Shown here piece by piece: positions 1 to 12,369 of a stretch of 64,000 bases of DNA (position 1 is its first letter; each line of letters opens with the position of its first letter). This DNA comes from Isurus oxyrinchus (lineage: Eukaryota): contig JANJGN010000021.1 in assembly GCA_026770705.1 (NCBI GenBank), positions 90,706,001 to 90,770,000 of the forward strand. Direction: 5' to 3'. Made by a program: the position numbers and the translations under genes. The notes under the pieces are model-generated. The model searched no databases. It was not told the origin of the DNA and saw only the letters and a program-made list of their open reading frames with translations.

Positions 1-504
1 ACACCCGCAACCTTTCCCTATTCTGCCTGTAACCTCTATGTGTTGAGCTATCATTTCTGCCACTCCTTCAGGCAAGATTCCGTTTTATATATACCTCTTA
101 ACACTGCCAAATACAACTTTTTAACTTGTGCTGCTTCTATCTTTCAGAGTCACTCAGTAATTCTCCATCTCACATTTCCTGCATTGCATTTGCCTTCAAA
201 TTCTCAACCCCCTGCCAATTTTGTTTCAATCACCTAATACAAACTCCACCTCCCCGCCCGCTCCCACCCCACCAACAGCACATCTCGCTGTAAGGATATT
301 CATGCAATCATGTTCTGGTGTCAAACATTTGGTTTTTGCAGGTCCCACTTTTCACAGAACTGGTCTCAATATCTCAGAAATGTGATGCCCTCCCGCTTTC
401 AGCAGTTTTCCAGCTCCATGTTTAATCGCTCAATCCCAATATTTCTATATGCGCTTGCATGTAGTACTGAGAGCAATTGTTGGCTTACTGCTTTGGTTGC
501 CCTG

Positions 505-1190
505 CTTTTTAATCTCCTTTCTAGTTCCCAAAAGGCTCTTCTCAGGACCTCATCCCTTTTCCTAACTACATCATTAATAACAACATGGTGAACGGCGTCT
601 TGCTGATTTTCTTTCCTCAGAAGGATGCCCTGCAATGTCTCTGTAAGATCTTATATCCTGGCACAGGGGAGGCAACATCCTATACTGGAGTCACCTCCAA
701 GGCCACAAAAACGCCGTTATGTTTCCATAAATAACGAATCACCTATGGCTAATGCTCTCCCTCTCTTTTTTCTCCCCTCCTGAAGAGCAGAGCTGCCTGA
801 CCTGCCACAAACCTGGCTTTCACTGCATTCTTCCGACGTAACATGCCTTATCCAACATGGCAAACCGATTGCTGAGCAGGAAACCAGGGGACCCCTGCAC
901 GACCTGCCTAATTTACTTCGACTGACTGGCGTTCACCCATTCACTTTCTCCATCCAGGCTCCTAAGATGCGATATGACTACCTCATTGAACATGCTATAC
1001 ATGTAGCTCTCAGCCTGGCAAATGAGCCGCAGTTGACTACAGTCGCTGTTGGAGTCCTGAAACCCACAGCTCAATATTGAACATTTGGCAACACCTCCTG
1101 CACATATGGTCACCTAGGGCGCCAGTAGCGCCCACGAATTCCCACAAATAACAAGACATGCAATACACATGACCAACCTAACCTGCTATG
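505..1190 (-). mobile_element. CR1 LINE ORF1 (SGNH/GDSL esterase-like) remnant
   Basis: ORF 399..635(-) reads ...HVVINDVVRKRDEVLRRAFWELERRLKSR, resembling the CR1 ORF1 esterase motif VHIGTNDIGRKRDEVL...ELGRKLKSR; degraded. Confidence 0.75.
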
Positions 1191-1417
1191 GCTTCAATTT
1201 AGTATCCTTGTATTAATTTAATTTTACTTTGGTTTAATTGTGCAACTTTATTTTACCTGGTCTTGACTTAACTTTATTTTCCTATTGCCTGTGTTCCTTA
1301 CTTAAATGTAAGTAGCCCCTTCTTTTTAAAAAAAAACATTTTTCTAATTCTCATCTACTTAACGACACTCTCCTACAGCAGTTATTCACCAACCAATGAA
1401 CGTATGTCTCTCCTGTA

Positions 1418-1722
1418 ATGTTTGGTGCTGACTGCTTGGCTCGGTGTGTTCCTGTCACACTATACACTAGGTGTTACTGACTACCTTTCCCAGGGTCCTC
1501 CTCATGCACGCTGCGCTAGGTGCTGCTGATTGCTTGACTAGGAGTCCCCCTATCACACGCAACTCTTGATGCAGCTGACTGCCTATTCCAGGGTCCACTG
1601 CTCGCACTCTCCACTAGGTGCAATTTACTGCCTATGCCAGGGTTCTCATCTCGCACTCTCTGCTAGGTGCTGCTGAATGCCTGTCTCAGTGTCCTCCTCT
1701 AGCACACTCCTGTAGGTGCTGC
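1418..1722. repeat. 49-bp minisatellite, about 6 diverged copies
   Basis: ctaggtg anchor recurs at 1467, 1516, 1614, 1663 and (gtaggtg) 1712, all multiples of 49 apart. Confidence 0.9.
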
Positions 1723-1977
1723 AACGTGCGAACAATTCAATCCTCTCTTCAAATAGAGTATTAATTGTTGTTTTCCCCTTATAATGGTATTCTTGTATCA
1801 CGTTCTTTTGTGTGCAAGCTGCAAAGCTTCAACTTGTCCCTTTTGCTCAAAAATATTTTACATATGGTTTCCATTTTAATCTCTCTTGCTGAATGTAATC
1901 GGTTTCCTTTCTTCTTGTGCTTTCTGTTGCTCATTTAGCATTTAATTTACAATTATAACTGCAACTGTTTACTCCAG

Positions 1978-2076
1978 GTTTCACGCTGGTCATCATTGCG
2001 TTAAATGGATCTAGAGTTGTGCATTATAGTTACACAAGTCCCACGTGCATTGTGTCGGCACTGCACTATTTCCAAG
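1978..2076 (+). CDS. Candidate 99-nt phase-1 exon (GFTLVIIALNGSRVVHYSYTSPTCIVSALHYFQ)
   Basis: tgtttactccag| acceptor, AAG|gttagg donor, 99 nt; only the phase-1 frame is open. No recognised homology. Confidence 0.3.
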
Positions 2077-2339
2077 GTTAGGAAACAAACAAATCCGCTT
2101 GACATTGAATACTGTTCGAAGCAAAATCCAAACCAAAATATTCAGCTAATTCCCCACAAAAAATGCATAGTGGCAGTTGTTATGCAGTGGGAAATGTACA
2201 GTTGGCAAGTGGTTTCTATGGGTTACTCAGAGACTTAAAGTTGCTCTTTGTCCTACTGTGGTACACGAACACACATGATGTTATAGGTATTGTTGGTGCA
2301 AATTTGCATGCCTACATAACAGACCTACGCATATTTCAG

Positions 2340-2366
2340 TGAAGAGCTTGATAAAAAGAAGAATTG
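2340..2366 (+). CDS. Candidate 27-nt microexon ((V)KSLIKRRI)
   Basis: catatttcag| acceptor, 27 nt, open in phase 1, 131 nt upstream of the next exon (like other short-intron pairs); donor TTG|gtcctt is weak. Confidence 0.4.
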
Positions 2367-2497
2367 GTCCTTCATGAAATATGATTTGCAGCTTCTATCT
2401 CACGCTAATCTGTTTGTGTTTCATGTGCATAAACGTTTATGGAGTGCATCTAATTTTAATTTCACTTTGATCTAACAATCAGATTTTTTTTCTGTAG

Positions 2498-2524
2498 AAC
2501 TTGAAGAACTTAGGCAAAAGAACA
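2498..2524 (+). CDS. Microexon 1, 27 nt ((E)LEELRQKN)
   Basis: ttttttttctgtag|AACTTGAAGAACTTAGGCAAAAGAACA|gtacgt; phase 1. Confidence 0.85.
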
Positions 2525-2541
2525 GTACGTACAAATGTCAA

Positions 2542-2731
2542 GACAGCGCACTGTGACCATCCATACCAGCGCACCATGACAATCTGTACCAGCACATGGT
2601 GATGATGTGTAATACTATAATCTCACCATCTGTACCAGCACACAGTGTCTAGCTGTGCCAGCAAAACGTGACTATCTGTACCAGCACACCGTGTGTATAT
2701 GTACCAGCACACTGTGTCTATTTTTACCAGC
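2542..2731. repeat. 23-bp minisatellite (about atctgtaccagcacacyrtgwct), about 8 copies
   Basis: (a/g)ccagc anchor at 2565, 2588, 2634, 2657, 2680, 2703, 2726. Confidence 0.9.
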
Positions 2732-3069
2732 GTTTTACTTGATTATTTAAGCTTAAATTTAACACTGAGAAGTACTGAAACAGTGGCATGCTGCTTTGAG
2801 TTTAAATATGCTGTTCGCAATTTTTAGCATCTAACAAGAATGTTTCTAAAATTCACATCAACTTAAAAATGAAAGTAATAATATGGGTATCCTGTAAAAA
2901 AAAAAGGCGAATCAAATCAAAAGAAGCTTGGATTTATATGGTATGTGTACTGAACTCATGAATTCTGAAATTATTTTACTGAGGGTGATGTATTGTTCAA
3001 ATGCAATCATTTTGATAAAGTAATAAATATATTCTTTGAATGGCAAGGTACTAGGAACAGCTCTGAGGC

Positions 3070-3290
3070 AATAATGGTATAGTGTTTGTTTTCATTATGC
3101 TGGTTCACAGGTAAGTTTTGGGCCGGCCCCTTGGGAGAATATTCGAAACATGCCTTGGGATCTTTCACATACACTTGCAAGAGCACACGTGGCCTCAGAT
3201 TAACGCTCTATCAGAAAGATAACGTTTCCAACAGTATATAATACCCTTGGTATGGCATTGGGCCATCGATCTGCACTAAAGGAGTACGAT
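3070..3290 (-). mobile_element. Degenerate Deu-domain SINE (SacSINE1-like)
   Basis: gccttgggatctttcacatacacttg...ggcctcagattaacgctctatcagaaagat resembles the reverse complement of the DeuSINE core (tttcggatgagacgttaaaccgaggcc...aaaagatcccatggc); recognised from memory. Confidence 0.55.
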
Positions 3291-5899
3291 CTAAATGTTA
3301 ATGGCAGTTAATCGATTCAATCGGGTTAATATTAAACAACAACAGCAACAACAACAAATAACCCTCATTATAATAGTTGCTAACTTCATTGAAATATTGC
3401 GAAAGCACTCAGTTACTTTCTCATTTGCTGATCGATTATGTTCATGGGATATGAAACACGGGTTGAAATTCGTGCAAGCATGTTGGCGAGTGCACCAGCA
3501 TCGACTGCTAATGCCAAGGAGATAAGAGTGGCCTGGAGATCTAAAATTGTGTGTTGTCAACAAATTAACTTTTCGCAGGAATGGGTTCTGTCCTAATTCT
3601 TGAGCCGAATAAGGACAGAGTCACTGATTTTGGTGCTACCTGATGCAGAGACAAGAGTTGGCAACATTTTCTAAACATTTGCCTAACCTGAAATTAGTCC
3701 AGCCATTTTAACAGTGTCGACTACAGCAGTAATCCCTATAGATTATATTCTTCTGTAATGGGGACTGTAGTCATCAGCTGCGACCAACCTTCCAGGCTCA
3801 CCTAAGGATTCAAGGAGCAGATGAGCAGCCTGCAGTACATATGCCAGATTGAAGATCTTGGGCTCGTCCACAATTTAACAACACTTGTTGGATATTCATC
3901 TCGAGGCTGTAAGAGAAAGGGTGGAAACCTTCTCCTCAACAAAACCCAAGAAATGTCCCTTCTGCCTTACCAAGCTATCATGGATGCAGTTTGGAGAGGA
4001 GATTATCAACCTCCTGACCAGCCATTTTTTTTCTAAATGCAATGCCTAAAAACACCCTTAGCCCGGGTGTGCCCCTCCTATCGTCCTCCTATTTGGGCCC
4101 TCCATTTGCAAATTTGGTATTTTGATGTACATCAGCTAATGAGCTGACAAACCACATAGGGGTGTGTGGCTGAAGAATGAGCAGTTAGTTTCGGTTTCAT
4201 GGTGTTATTTTCTCAACAGAGAATGCGGTCTGCTGGCCAAAGCTCTGCGATCATCATAAATGTTGTGCTAGACTTTCTAGGAAATCCAACATCGTTTCTC
4301 CATCTGCTTGTAGGGGACTTTGGCACATAACAATAAGGAGAGGTCTGTGGCCGTTGGCATTCAATCAATGATGCTGGCAAAGGACGAGACATTTGGACTA
4401 ACTGCAACTCAGGGGTTTTAGTTTGCAGTTAGTGAGAATGATTCGATGAGCAAGCGAATGAGCAAGCATTATGCTTGTGTGCCAACCGCAGCAGTTCCGG
4501 ATTTATGCCTCAGCTATGGTTTAGATGAGGAGATATGAAGCACCTAACTACAAAACATTGTGTTCTCTCCTGCAGGACTCAGAACTTAAGTTGTTCAAGC
4601 TGCTGCAGCAATCGCAAACCTGCAGTCCACGAAGGAGCAAGTGAAAAATCAGTGATTCACAGAGAGTGCAAGCATCGCATTATTTCCCTGTAAAATCCAC
4701 GAGTGCATTAGCTTTTACATCAGTTGGAATGTATTTTGCGAGTCGGTTCAATGTCAGAAGCTGTTCAGTACATCGCAGACTGGCCAGGGCAGCTGAGAGA
4801 AATTTTGTCAATCGAAGCAATTGGCAGATGTTGGGTTGTGGAAGGCCAAGTTCATGCTGTAATCTAGCTGTTTGCAGGTCTCTGGAGTCGACAACATTTA
4901 AGCTGCTTGAGTTGCAGTGAGATGTAAAGGAATCTAGTAGAATTGCCAGCATTTGCAGCCATGTACAGTCGATAGCCAAGAACAACCAGACTGCGAATGC
5001 TGCCCTGCCTCGGACGCGTGCACACACGTCTTCCTGCATCTTGAGAGTAGCGACCCCCATGAAGAATAGAATCTGGCAGAGCACCCATTAGGCGCAGAAC
5101 CACATCGCCATGTATTTCATCACTTTGTCAATTAGCTCAAAGCAGGTGTGATAAGGCGAGAAGGAGACGAGTTGTATTGATAGGCCACAAGGTCCATGGC
5201 CTTCTCACATCATCAGGCGGGTATGGGTCACCGTCGCAATGGATTATGAAAGTCTTCCTGCCGCTTGGAAGGTCTTCTGTCAGGGCTGTCCCTTTTTTAA
5301 AAGTAGCTAATCAGCCCCACAAGCAATTGCCCCATGCTACATCACCAAAATGAAAGAGGAGACAAATGCACTGGTTCTGTTTACGATCATCTTAAGAGGA
5401 CCCTCTAGGATTCAGGCAGCTCGAAGGTGATCGGTAATTTCATTCAAGTTCCCAGGCAATCAGCAGGCTTCCTCCACTTTATCTGGAGTGCAAGTTTCGT
5501 ATGTCGTTTGAGCACACATAAGTAGATTAAGGGGAGCACCTGAGGCAATGGGTGCTCAAGCCTATTATCACAATGCACTTGTTAAATCCTGAACGAATAG
5601 TCTGAATAAACCCATTCCATAGAAACTTTCATTAGTCGTCTATCTACATTGTGTTTACTTGCCAGGTGTCACCTGCATCCTTGTTCTCTCAATGTGCTGC
5701 GAACGTTGCGGTAGACTGCCCCCACAGCTTAGCTACTGCAGCTGGAGAGCCTAGATGCCAAGCAATGGACCGCTACATAAAAGGCGTGACAGCTGTTCGG
5801 AACTATGTTAAGTCTTTAATGTGCTCGCATTGAAAGGGCAAAGTAGGTACTTGACCTTGCGGTGTATAATATGGTTTACAGCCTCCATTCTACATCTCT

Positions 5900-6800
5900 C
5901 AATACCCCTCATCTCTGCTTCAACAGATCTCTCATCTTGAGCACCTACTCAACAGATTCCTCCACCTTCTCTCTCTTGGATAAGAAGCAGCGACCAATAA
6001 TTTATTGCTTATGAAAGGCTTTGCAGTGCAACGTTGTGCACAGTATAGAACTCTAAAGTATAGGAAAGATTGTTGCTGGAGTATACTGAAAGATTTCACC
6101 AGGTAGATTGATGCATCTGAATTGCATCCTCAGATACCCAATGGCATACTCAATTGTCACATGGGTAGAACTGTGTCCATATCCTTTACTGCAGTTCGAT
6201 GGTTTCTTGGAGACTTTAGTAGACATATGTTTTGTGAGTTCTCCTCCAGAATCCATCCCGTGTAGCACCTAAGCTGCTAAGATTTGTGGCATGAGGAACT
6301 GTCAGAAATTCTGGGCGCATTGCTGCACACCGAAAATGGGGCACACGCCTGAAAAAAGGGCTTATGATGGCGAAATTCCATTGTCACACTGATGGAAGGA
6401 CAACATATCCTGATCTGGAACATCGTTGGTAGGTCAGTGGGCGCATTGATTGTCACATGATTTATGTCGATGACACATTGCACCTTGGGAAATCTAGCGA
6501 TGCACCTCATGCTGTCCTATCCATCTGCCTATCTAGGTCTTTTAAGTAGTGAAAATAATCGCCAGTTCTCTTGATCAGGATATTCGCCACTTGCTTAATG
6601 AAGTGACAGTTTTCTACCTGGGAAATCGTACAATATCTCCAGGTCTCAGTGGCAATGAACAAATGCAATACATATTAAATGCTAATGTGATTTTCAGTGC
6701 CATGAACACAGAGCCTCCGCCACTTCCCATGGTATGAACTCACCATTTATTGTATCATACATACTACTCCGCATTCAACCAGCTAAAATTTCACCCTGTC
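5900..6800 (-). mobile_element. PIF/Harbinger transposase (HARBI1-like DDE) remnant
   Basis: ORF 6277..6510 IARFPKVQCVIDINHVTINAP resembles IAGFPxVxGAIDCTHVxIxAP; ORF 6053..6268 HSSTHVTIEYAIGYLRMQFRCI...YTP resembles HxxTRxxIExxIGxLKxRFRCL. Frameshifted. Confidence 0.85.
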
Positions 6801-7499
6801 CCTTGAAGATTCTGCATCAGCCGATACAGCTCACGCCTTTGAAAGTGTCCGACTAACTGTTGCGCTTCCCGCTCTTTCAAACCTCTCCAGGCTTACTGGC
6901 AATGGTGTACGTTCCCCACTCTTTCCTGTGTGGCCAAAGGGCACTCTCACAATGACTGAGTACCAGCGACCGCATTGAGGCATCGCCTCCTTGGCGCTGG
7001 TTTTACCCACTGTGTCCTGAATCATTATTCAGAAAGTTTTATGAATGCACGTCGAAATGGAAGTGCAGTTGGAACAAGTCAAATTTATTTTAGGAAAAAA
7101 AATCCTGTTTGACGAATGCATTGCTGTTTTTGTTTTGTATTGAGGATGCGACCGGTAGAATAGACAAAGTGAAACCTGTAGCTGCAGTACATCTGTATTT
7201 CTGAAAGGTATTCGATAACTTGCCACATGCACTTGGGGACGGGGGTGCAGTTGGGGTGGTGGTACTTGTAGCATACCAAAGACACAATTTTCGTTAGTGC
7301 ACAGCAAGCAAATTTTCCATAAACAAGTAATTTTCAAGTTAGAAGATTGTGAGCAGTGGGTTGCTGCAATGAACAGTGCCAGGCCATAAGCTGTTATAAT
7401 CTATGTTAATGACTTAGATAAAGGGACGTAAACAAATTTTTAGAGGATTGATGATTTTTTTTAAAAAAAAACTAGATGGAATGGTAAGCTGTGGAGAAC

Positions 7500-8840
7500 C
7501 TGCAAGAATATATCTACTTGGACTTCAAGAAGGCCTTTGACAAGGTGCCGCACAAGAGGCTGCTCAGAAACATAAGAGCCCACGAAGTTAGAGGCAATTT
7601 ACTAGCATGGATAGAAGATTGACTGTCTGGCAGGAGACAGAGAGTGGGGATAAGGGGGTTTTTCTCAGGGTGGCGGCCGGTGACTAGTGGAATTCCGCAG
7701 GGGTCAGTGTTGGGACCACAGTTTTTCACTTTGCACATAATGATCTGGATGAAGGAACTGAGTGCCTCCTGACTAAGTTTGCAGATGATACAAAGATAGC
7801 TGGAGGGACAGGTAGTGTTGAGGAGGCGGGTAGAATGGTTTGATGAGGAGAAAGGGCAAAGAAGTGGCAGATAGAATAGAATGTGGGGAAGTGTGAGGTC
7901 ATGTACTTTGGTAGGAAGAATAGAGGTATAGATTATTTTCTAAATGGGAAGGGAATTCAGAAATCTGGAGTGCAAAGGGACTTGGGAGTCGTAGTCCATG
8001 ATTCTCTTAAGGTTAATCTGCAGGTTGAGTCGGTATTTAGGAAGGCAAATGCAATGTTGGCAATTATTTCGACAGGAGTAGAATATAAAAGCAGGGATGT
8101 GCTGCTGAGGATTTATAATGCTCTGGTCAGACCACATTTAGAATATTGTGAGCAATTTTGGGCCCTGTATCTCAGGAAGGATGTGCTGACCCTGGAGAGG
8201 TTTCAGAGAAGGTTCACGAGAAAGTTCCCAGGAATGAAAGGCTTAACATATGAGGAACGTTTGAGGACTCTGGGTCTGTACTCGATGGAGTATAGAAGGA
8301 TGAGGGGGGATCTGATTGAAACTTACAGAATACTGAAAGACCTGGATGCTGTGGACGTGTGGAAGATGTTTCGATTAGTAGGAGAGACTAGGACCCGAGG
8401 GCACAGTCTCAGAGAAAAGGATAATTGTGACTTTTTCAAAATAGCCCTCAAATAATAAGAACAAGTAATCCTTGGCAAACAAAAAATGCGCAATGGAAAA
8501 TAATGTCTCCAATAAATTGGAAATGTAACAACATGAGAATAATCCTTGGAACAATCCATTTAACACATGAGCTATAAAACTGCAGAACATGGCTATTCCT
8601 TTTAGAACAGAGTTGAGGAGAAACTTCTTTACCAGAGAGTGGTGAATCGCTGGAAAACATTGCCACAGAAGGCTGTGGAGCCCAGGTCATTGAGTGTATT
8701 TAAGACCGAGATAGATTGGTTCTTGATTGGTAACGGGATCAAAGGTTATGGGGAGAAGACAAGAGAATGGGGTTGAGAAACTTATCAGCCAAGACTGAAT
8801 GGTGGAGCTGACTCGATAGGCCGAATGGCATAATTTCTGT
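7500..8840 (+). mobile_element. CR1 LINE, 3' part of ORF2 (RT) and 3' UTR, relatively young
   Basis: YLDFKKAFDKVPH, SGIPQGSVLGP and FADDTK motifs; ORF 7883..8455 (KCEVMYFG...LVRPHLEYC...RRMRGDLIETY); ends in a tatggtctta tail; carries a 178-bp insert at 8421-8598. Confidence 0.95.
8421..8598 (-). repeat. Inverted copy of 11006-11183 inserted in the CR1
   Basis: Reverse complement matches 11006-11183 over 178 nt with 8 mismatches by manual alignment. Confidence 0.95.
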
Positions 8841-8849
8841 TCCTTTGTC

Positions 8850-9680
8850 TTATGGTCTTATTAAGAGTGTGCACAACAAGATGTCAGATGTTAGATATCG
8901 ACGGGTGAAGATATTTATTTTGGGTGCAAGAACGGAAAAAAAAATTCAAGGCCTAAAACATGTAAGGGTTGATCGTCAGGCAGTCTTGTGAACCTGGATA
9001 CAAGGGATGCCAGTTTTGCAAGCAATTGGGAAGGAAAATGACATGTTGACATTTATTGTAAGGGAATTCGAGTACAAGAATAAGAATGTCTTGCTAAAAT
9101 TCTACAAGGCTTTGGTGCAATCATATATGCAATGCCTTGTTCTGTATTGTTCTCTGTGCTTAAATAGAGAGATACTTGTGTTGAAGGCGATAAAGTGGAG
9201 GATCACTGATTTAGTCCTTGTGATGAGGGCTTTGCACTTTGATGAGAACCTGAATGAACCTGCCCTATATTCACTGGGTTATAGAGCAATATGAGGCAAT
9301 CTCGTTGAAACGTTGAAAATTCTGTGGCGTTTAGATAAGATTTACCCTGAGGTTTCCAATGGCTGGGGTATCTAAAACACGGAAGCAAAGTGCTGGAATC
9401 AGGGTTTCATCATTTAGGCTTGATGTGAGGAAAAATGTCTTCACTCAAAGGATTTAATTTTTGGAATTATGTACCCCAGAGAGTTGTAAATGTTTCATCG
9501 TTGACTAATTTTAAGGCTGACACAGAACGGTATTTGCAAATCTTAGCGAATCCAGGGATATGGCAGCGGGCGTAGTAATGCAGTCCAAGTCAAAGATCAC
9601 CCATTATCGTATTGAATGGCAAAGCATGCTTGCAGGGCCATATAGTAAACTCCTCGTCATATGCCATGAGTGCTTATGTT
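8850..9680 (+). mobile_element. Older CR1 3' fragment
   Basis: ORF 9007..9294 EFEYKNKNVLLKFYKALV...LYSLGYR is a decayed CR1 ORF2 C-terminus, followed by CR1-like 3' UTR. Confidence 0.85.
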
Positions 9681-10215
9681 TTTTTCGAATTCCTTTCATC
9701 CCCTTGCACTGTTGGTTAAATTAAAATGACGTTGTTAATCATATTCACCTCCTTGCAGTTTGACCAATACTTTTTTCTCAGCGACGCCATTTGATGCATG
9801 ATAGTGACAATACCAGCGTCCATCTTTGCTGCTGACTGAAAGAGGTTCTAGGCAGGCACAGCTATTCCAGACCTTCCCCTGCCGCGGCCTTGCCCGCACC
9901 CCCACGATGAGCTGCCGCTCCCTATCCCACTTCTCGAGGCCTCATACCATTAGCTTTCTAGTTCATGAGGCTCTTCCCAGTTAGCTGCTTTTAAGGGATA
10001 ACATTGCAGGGAGCTATTTATGCCCTTAAAACTCTGAATTAAACAGCCAGGGAATGGAAGAATGTGCTGGGGACTGGGGGAAAAGCGACGCACAAAATAC
10101 TTCCGAGCAAGCTTGTAGTTACGAAGAGTTAAATAATCCCTTAGTGGAGGTTGAACACATGTATTTTTAACAAAATTTGTAATTCACTGAATGAATCCGA
10201 TTTTTTCCTTCACAG

Positions 10216-10236
10216 GTAAATCGGCGCAGCATTGTG
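10216..10236 (+). CDS. Microexon 2, 21 nt ((S)KSAQHC)
   Basis: ttttttccttcacag|GTAAATCGGCGCAGCATTGTG|gtaagt; phase 1. Confidence 0.85.
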
Positions 10237-10357
10237 GTAAGTTAATTTAAGCCTGGATGCATATTTTAAACAGTTTACAGAGATTAATTCGCCTGCTTGT
10301 ACTTTATTAAATGCAATGTGGTTTTATGGTTTTAATGAATCATTCTACTTCTTTCAG

Positions 10358-10384
10358 GTAAAGAGCTAAATGCTAGCAAAGAAG
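10358..10384 (+). CDS. Microexon 3, 27 nt ((G)KELNASKE), GC donor
   Basis: ttctacttctttcag|GTAAAGAGCTAAATGCTAGCAAAGAAG|gcacgt; an alternative GT donor 4 nt downstream would shift the frame. Confidence 0.7.
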
Positions 10385-11005
10385 GCACGTAAATAAAACG
10401 TTGTATATGTGAATACAGGCCTTTTTCGAGAATAAATAGTACAGTGATTTATCAGGCAAAGCCAATCATTGTAAGGGATGCAGACGACACAGAAGATAAC
10501 GAATGGATCAAAGGCTTGCTGAAATAGGATACCTACTTAAAAATGACAATGAAGCAATGAAATACAGCACACACTAATTAGTCTTCCTTCTGTCCCTCAC
10601 AATGAAAATTGGACAATATTTTCGGCTTGCTCTGCCCATAAACACAAGATTGGCAAACGTGTATAATGAAGACTACATATTTTCTAGTAAAAATGAATCA
10701 TATTTTTGTAAAGTGAATGACAAGAAATTTCATGGCCAGCCTTTTATGAAAACAACTATAGTTTTCTCCCCCACTCGAACCTGCTAATTGTTCATTATCT
10801 CTATAGTATTCAATTCGTCTAAAAAAAAACAAATATGTCACACTTGAACAGTTTTATTGTCTTTAAGTAAGTTCCTCTTAAGTAGGTTGGGAGAATTTTA
10901 TCGACATGTTCTATTTAGATTTTGAAGACATGTTTTGACATTCTACGCACACGGTTTTTATTTGAGCTCAAAGTTGTGAATAAGAAACTACCTCAAACGG
11001 GGCAC

Positions 11006-11183
11006 GAATAGCCATGTTCTGCAGTTTTATAACTCATGTGTTAAATGGATTGTTCCGAGGATTAGTCTCATGTCATTACATTTCCAATTTATTGAAGACA
11101 TTATTTTCCATCGCGCATTTTTTGTTTGCCAAGGATTACTTGTTCTTATCATTTGAGGGCTATTTTGAAAAAGTCACAATTAT
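11006..11183 (+). repeat. Probable source copy of the 178-bp inverted duplication
   Basis: Matches the reverse complement of 8421-8598; the near-identical ORFs 8375..8590(-) and 11014..11262(+) reflect this. Confidence 0.95.
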
Positions 11184-11546
11184 TCTTTGTTCACTTCTTT
11201 TTCTGGATGTAGGATTTAACTCAAGCAAAGGACATGTTCTTCAAAATGTGGAAACTTTCTGAGCCATCTGGTACTTTCTAGTCATAAGTACTGCTGAAGG
11301 AAAGCAGGCAACCGTCTGATAACATAATGAAGCTTCCGTACTAATGGAGGAGACCAAGCTTTACCTTGTTATTCAGTTGCATGTCTGCATAAATTTGTGT
11401 GAATCAATTGCATTGAACTAGAATTCCAAATTTGAAACATATTTCAGCAATACATATTGCTTAACATGAATTTGAAATGAGTTAGAGATAAATTTAGTCA
11501 AGAATAAAATTTATAATAAAATGTTTATTTTTTTCTGTTTATTCAG

Positions 11547-11582
11547 AACTGGACTCTCTCAAAAGAGCTCTAAGGAATGCAA
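11547..11582 (+). CDS. Microexon 4, 36 nt ((E)LDSLKRALRNA)
   Basis: tttttttctgtttattcag|AACTGGAC...GAATGCAA|gtaagg; phase 1. Confidence 0.88.
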
Positions 11583-12369
11583 GTAAGGAGGCCTAATTAA
11601 ATGGCCTAATTAGATTCTTTATAATCTGATTGAGACGAGACGACAGAAACAGTTTTAATTCCCCAGTATGCGCTGATCATGTTCTTGACAATGGACTTGT
11701 AGGATTTAATTTCTCAGAAGGCTCTGTGTGAGACCACAAAATGTTATTATTGAGGTGATTGAAATTCAAAGGGTATACGATGCCAGTATCTCGTTGTAAT
11801 GAAAAAAAGTGACTCACGCTTCAATAATTCCGACCTATAAAGTTGCTAACAATCCTCGAAACAAACGCGATGCCTCATCAGTCACTGTTTTCACAAGGAT
11901 CATTAACGTCGACGCAGTGATTAGCAGATAAGAGCTTACTTCCAATGTTGGGCGACTCCTGAGCTCATCCTGCCTATTGTCCAACATCCACTAAAAGTCC
12001 ACTGCTCTCCAAATGATATCGGTTTTCCATCGCCCCTTCTTGTTGAAAGAAATGCAGACGGCTAAACGTAGCTTGCTATTTAAATTGGGTGAAATTGTTG
12101 ATTCGGTTTCGCCTGTTCGCCCAAAACACTTCGAATGATCTTGCACCTGACAGTACATTTCTGTGGGGTCCCCCCAAGAAATCCCGGGGTCACCACTGCT
12201 GAACAGCTCAGTCGTGATCAGATGGTGCTTGACGGCAGTCTGTATGAGTGCTTCAATCTCTCTGCAGGTACTGGTATCGTGATGTCAAATATTTAAAATC
12301 TTTTTTTTAGTATTTACAGAAAGAGAGTTAACAATTCAAGTTATGTTTAGCACAGATATCTGAAAAGTT

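Noticed and set aside
2542-2731. Regular 23-bp repeats as a CRISPR-like array
   Set aside because: Head-to-tail tandem units without unique spacers, in eukaryotic DNA with no cas genes.
3295-3525. Poly-Q ORF
   Set aside because: A short (CAA)n microsatellite inside a chance ORF.
7883-8455. Longest ORF (190 aa) as a host gene
   Set aside because: It is the C-terminus of a CR1 reverse transcriptase, truncated by the inverted insert.
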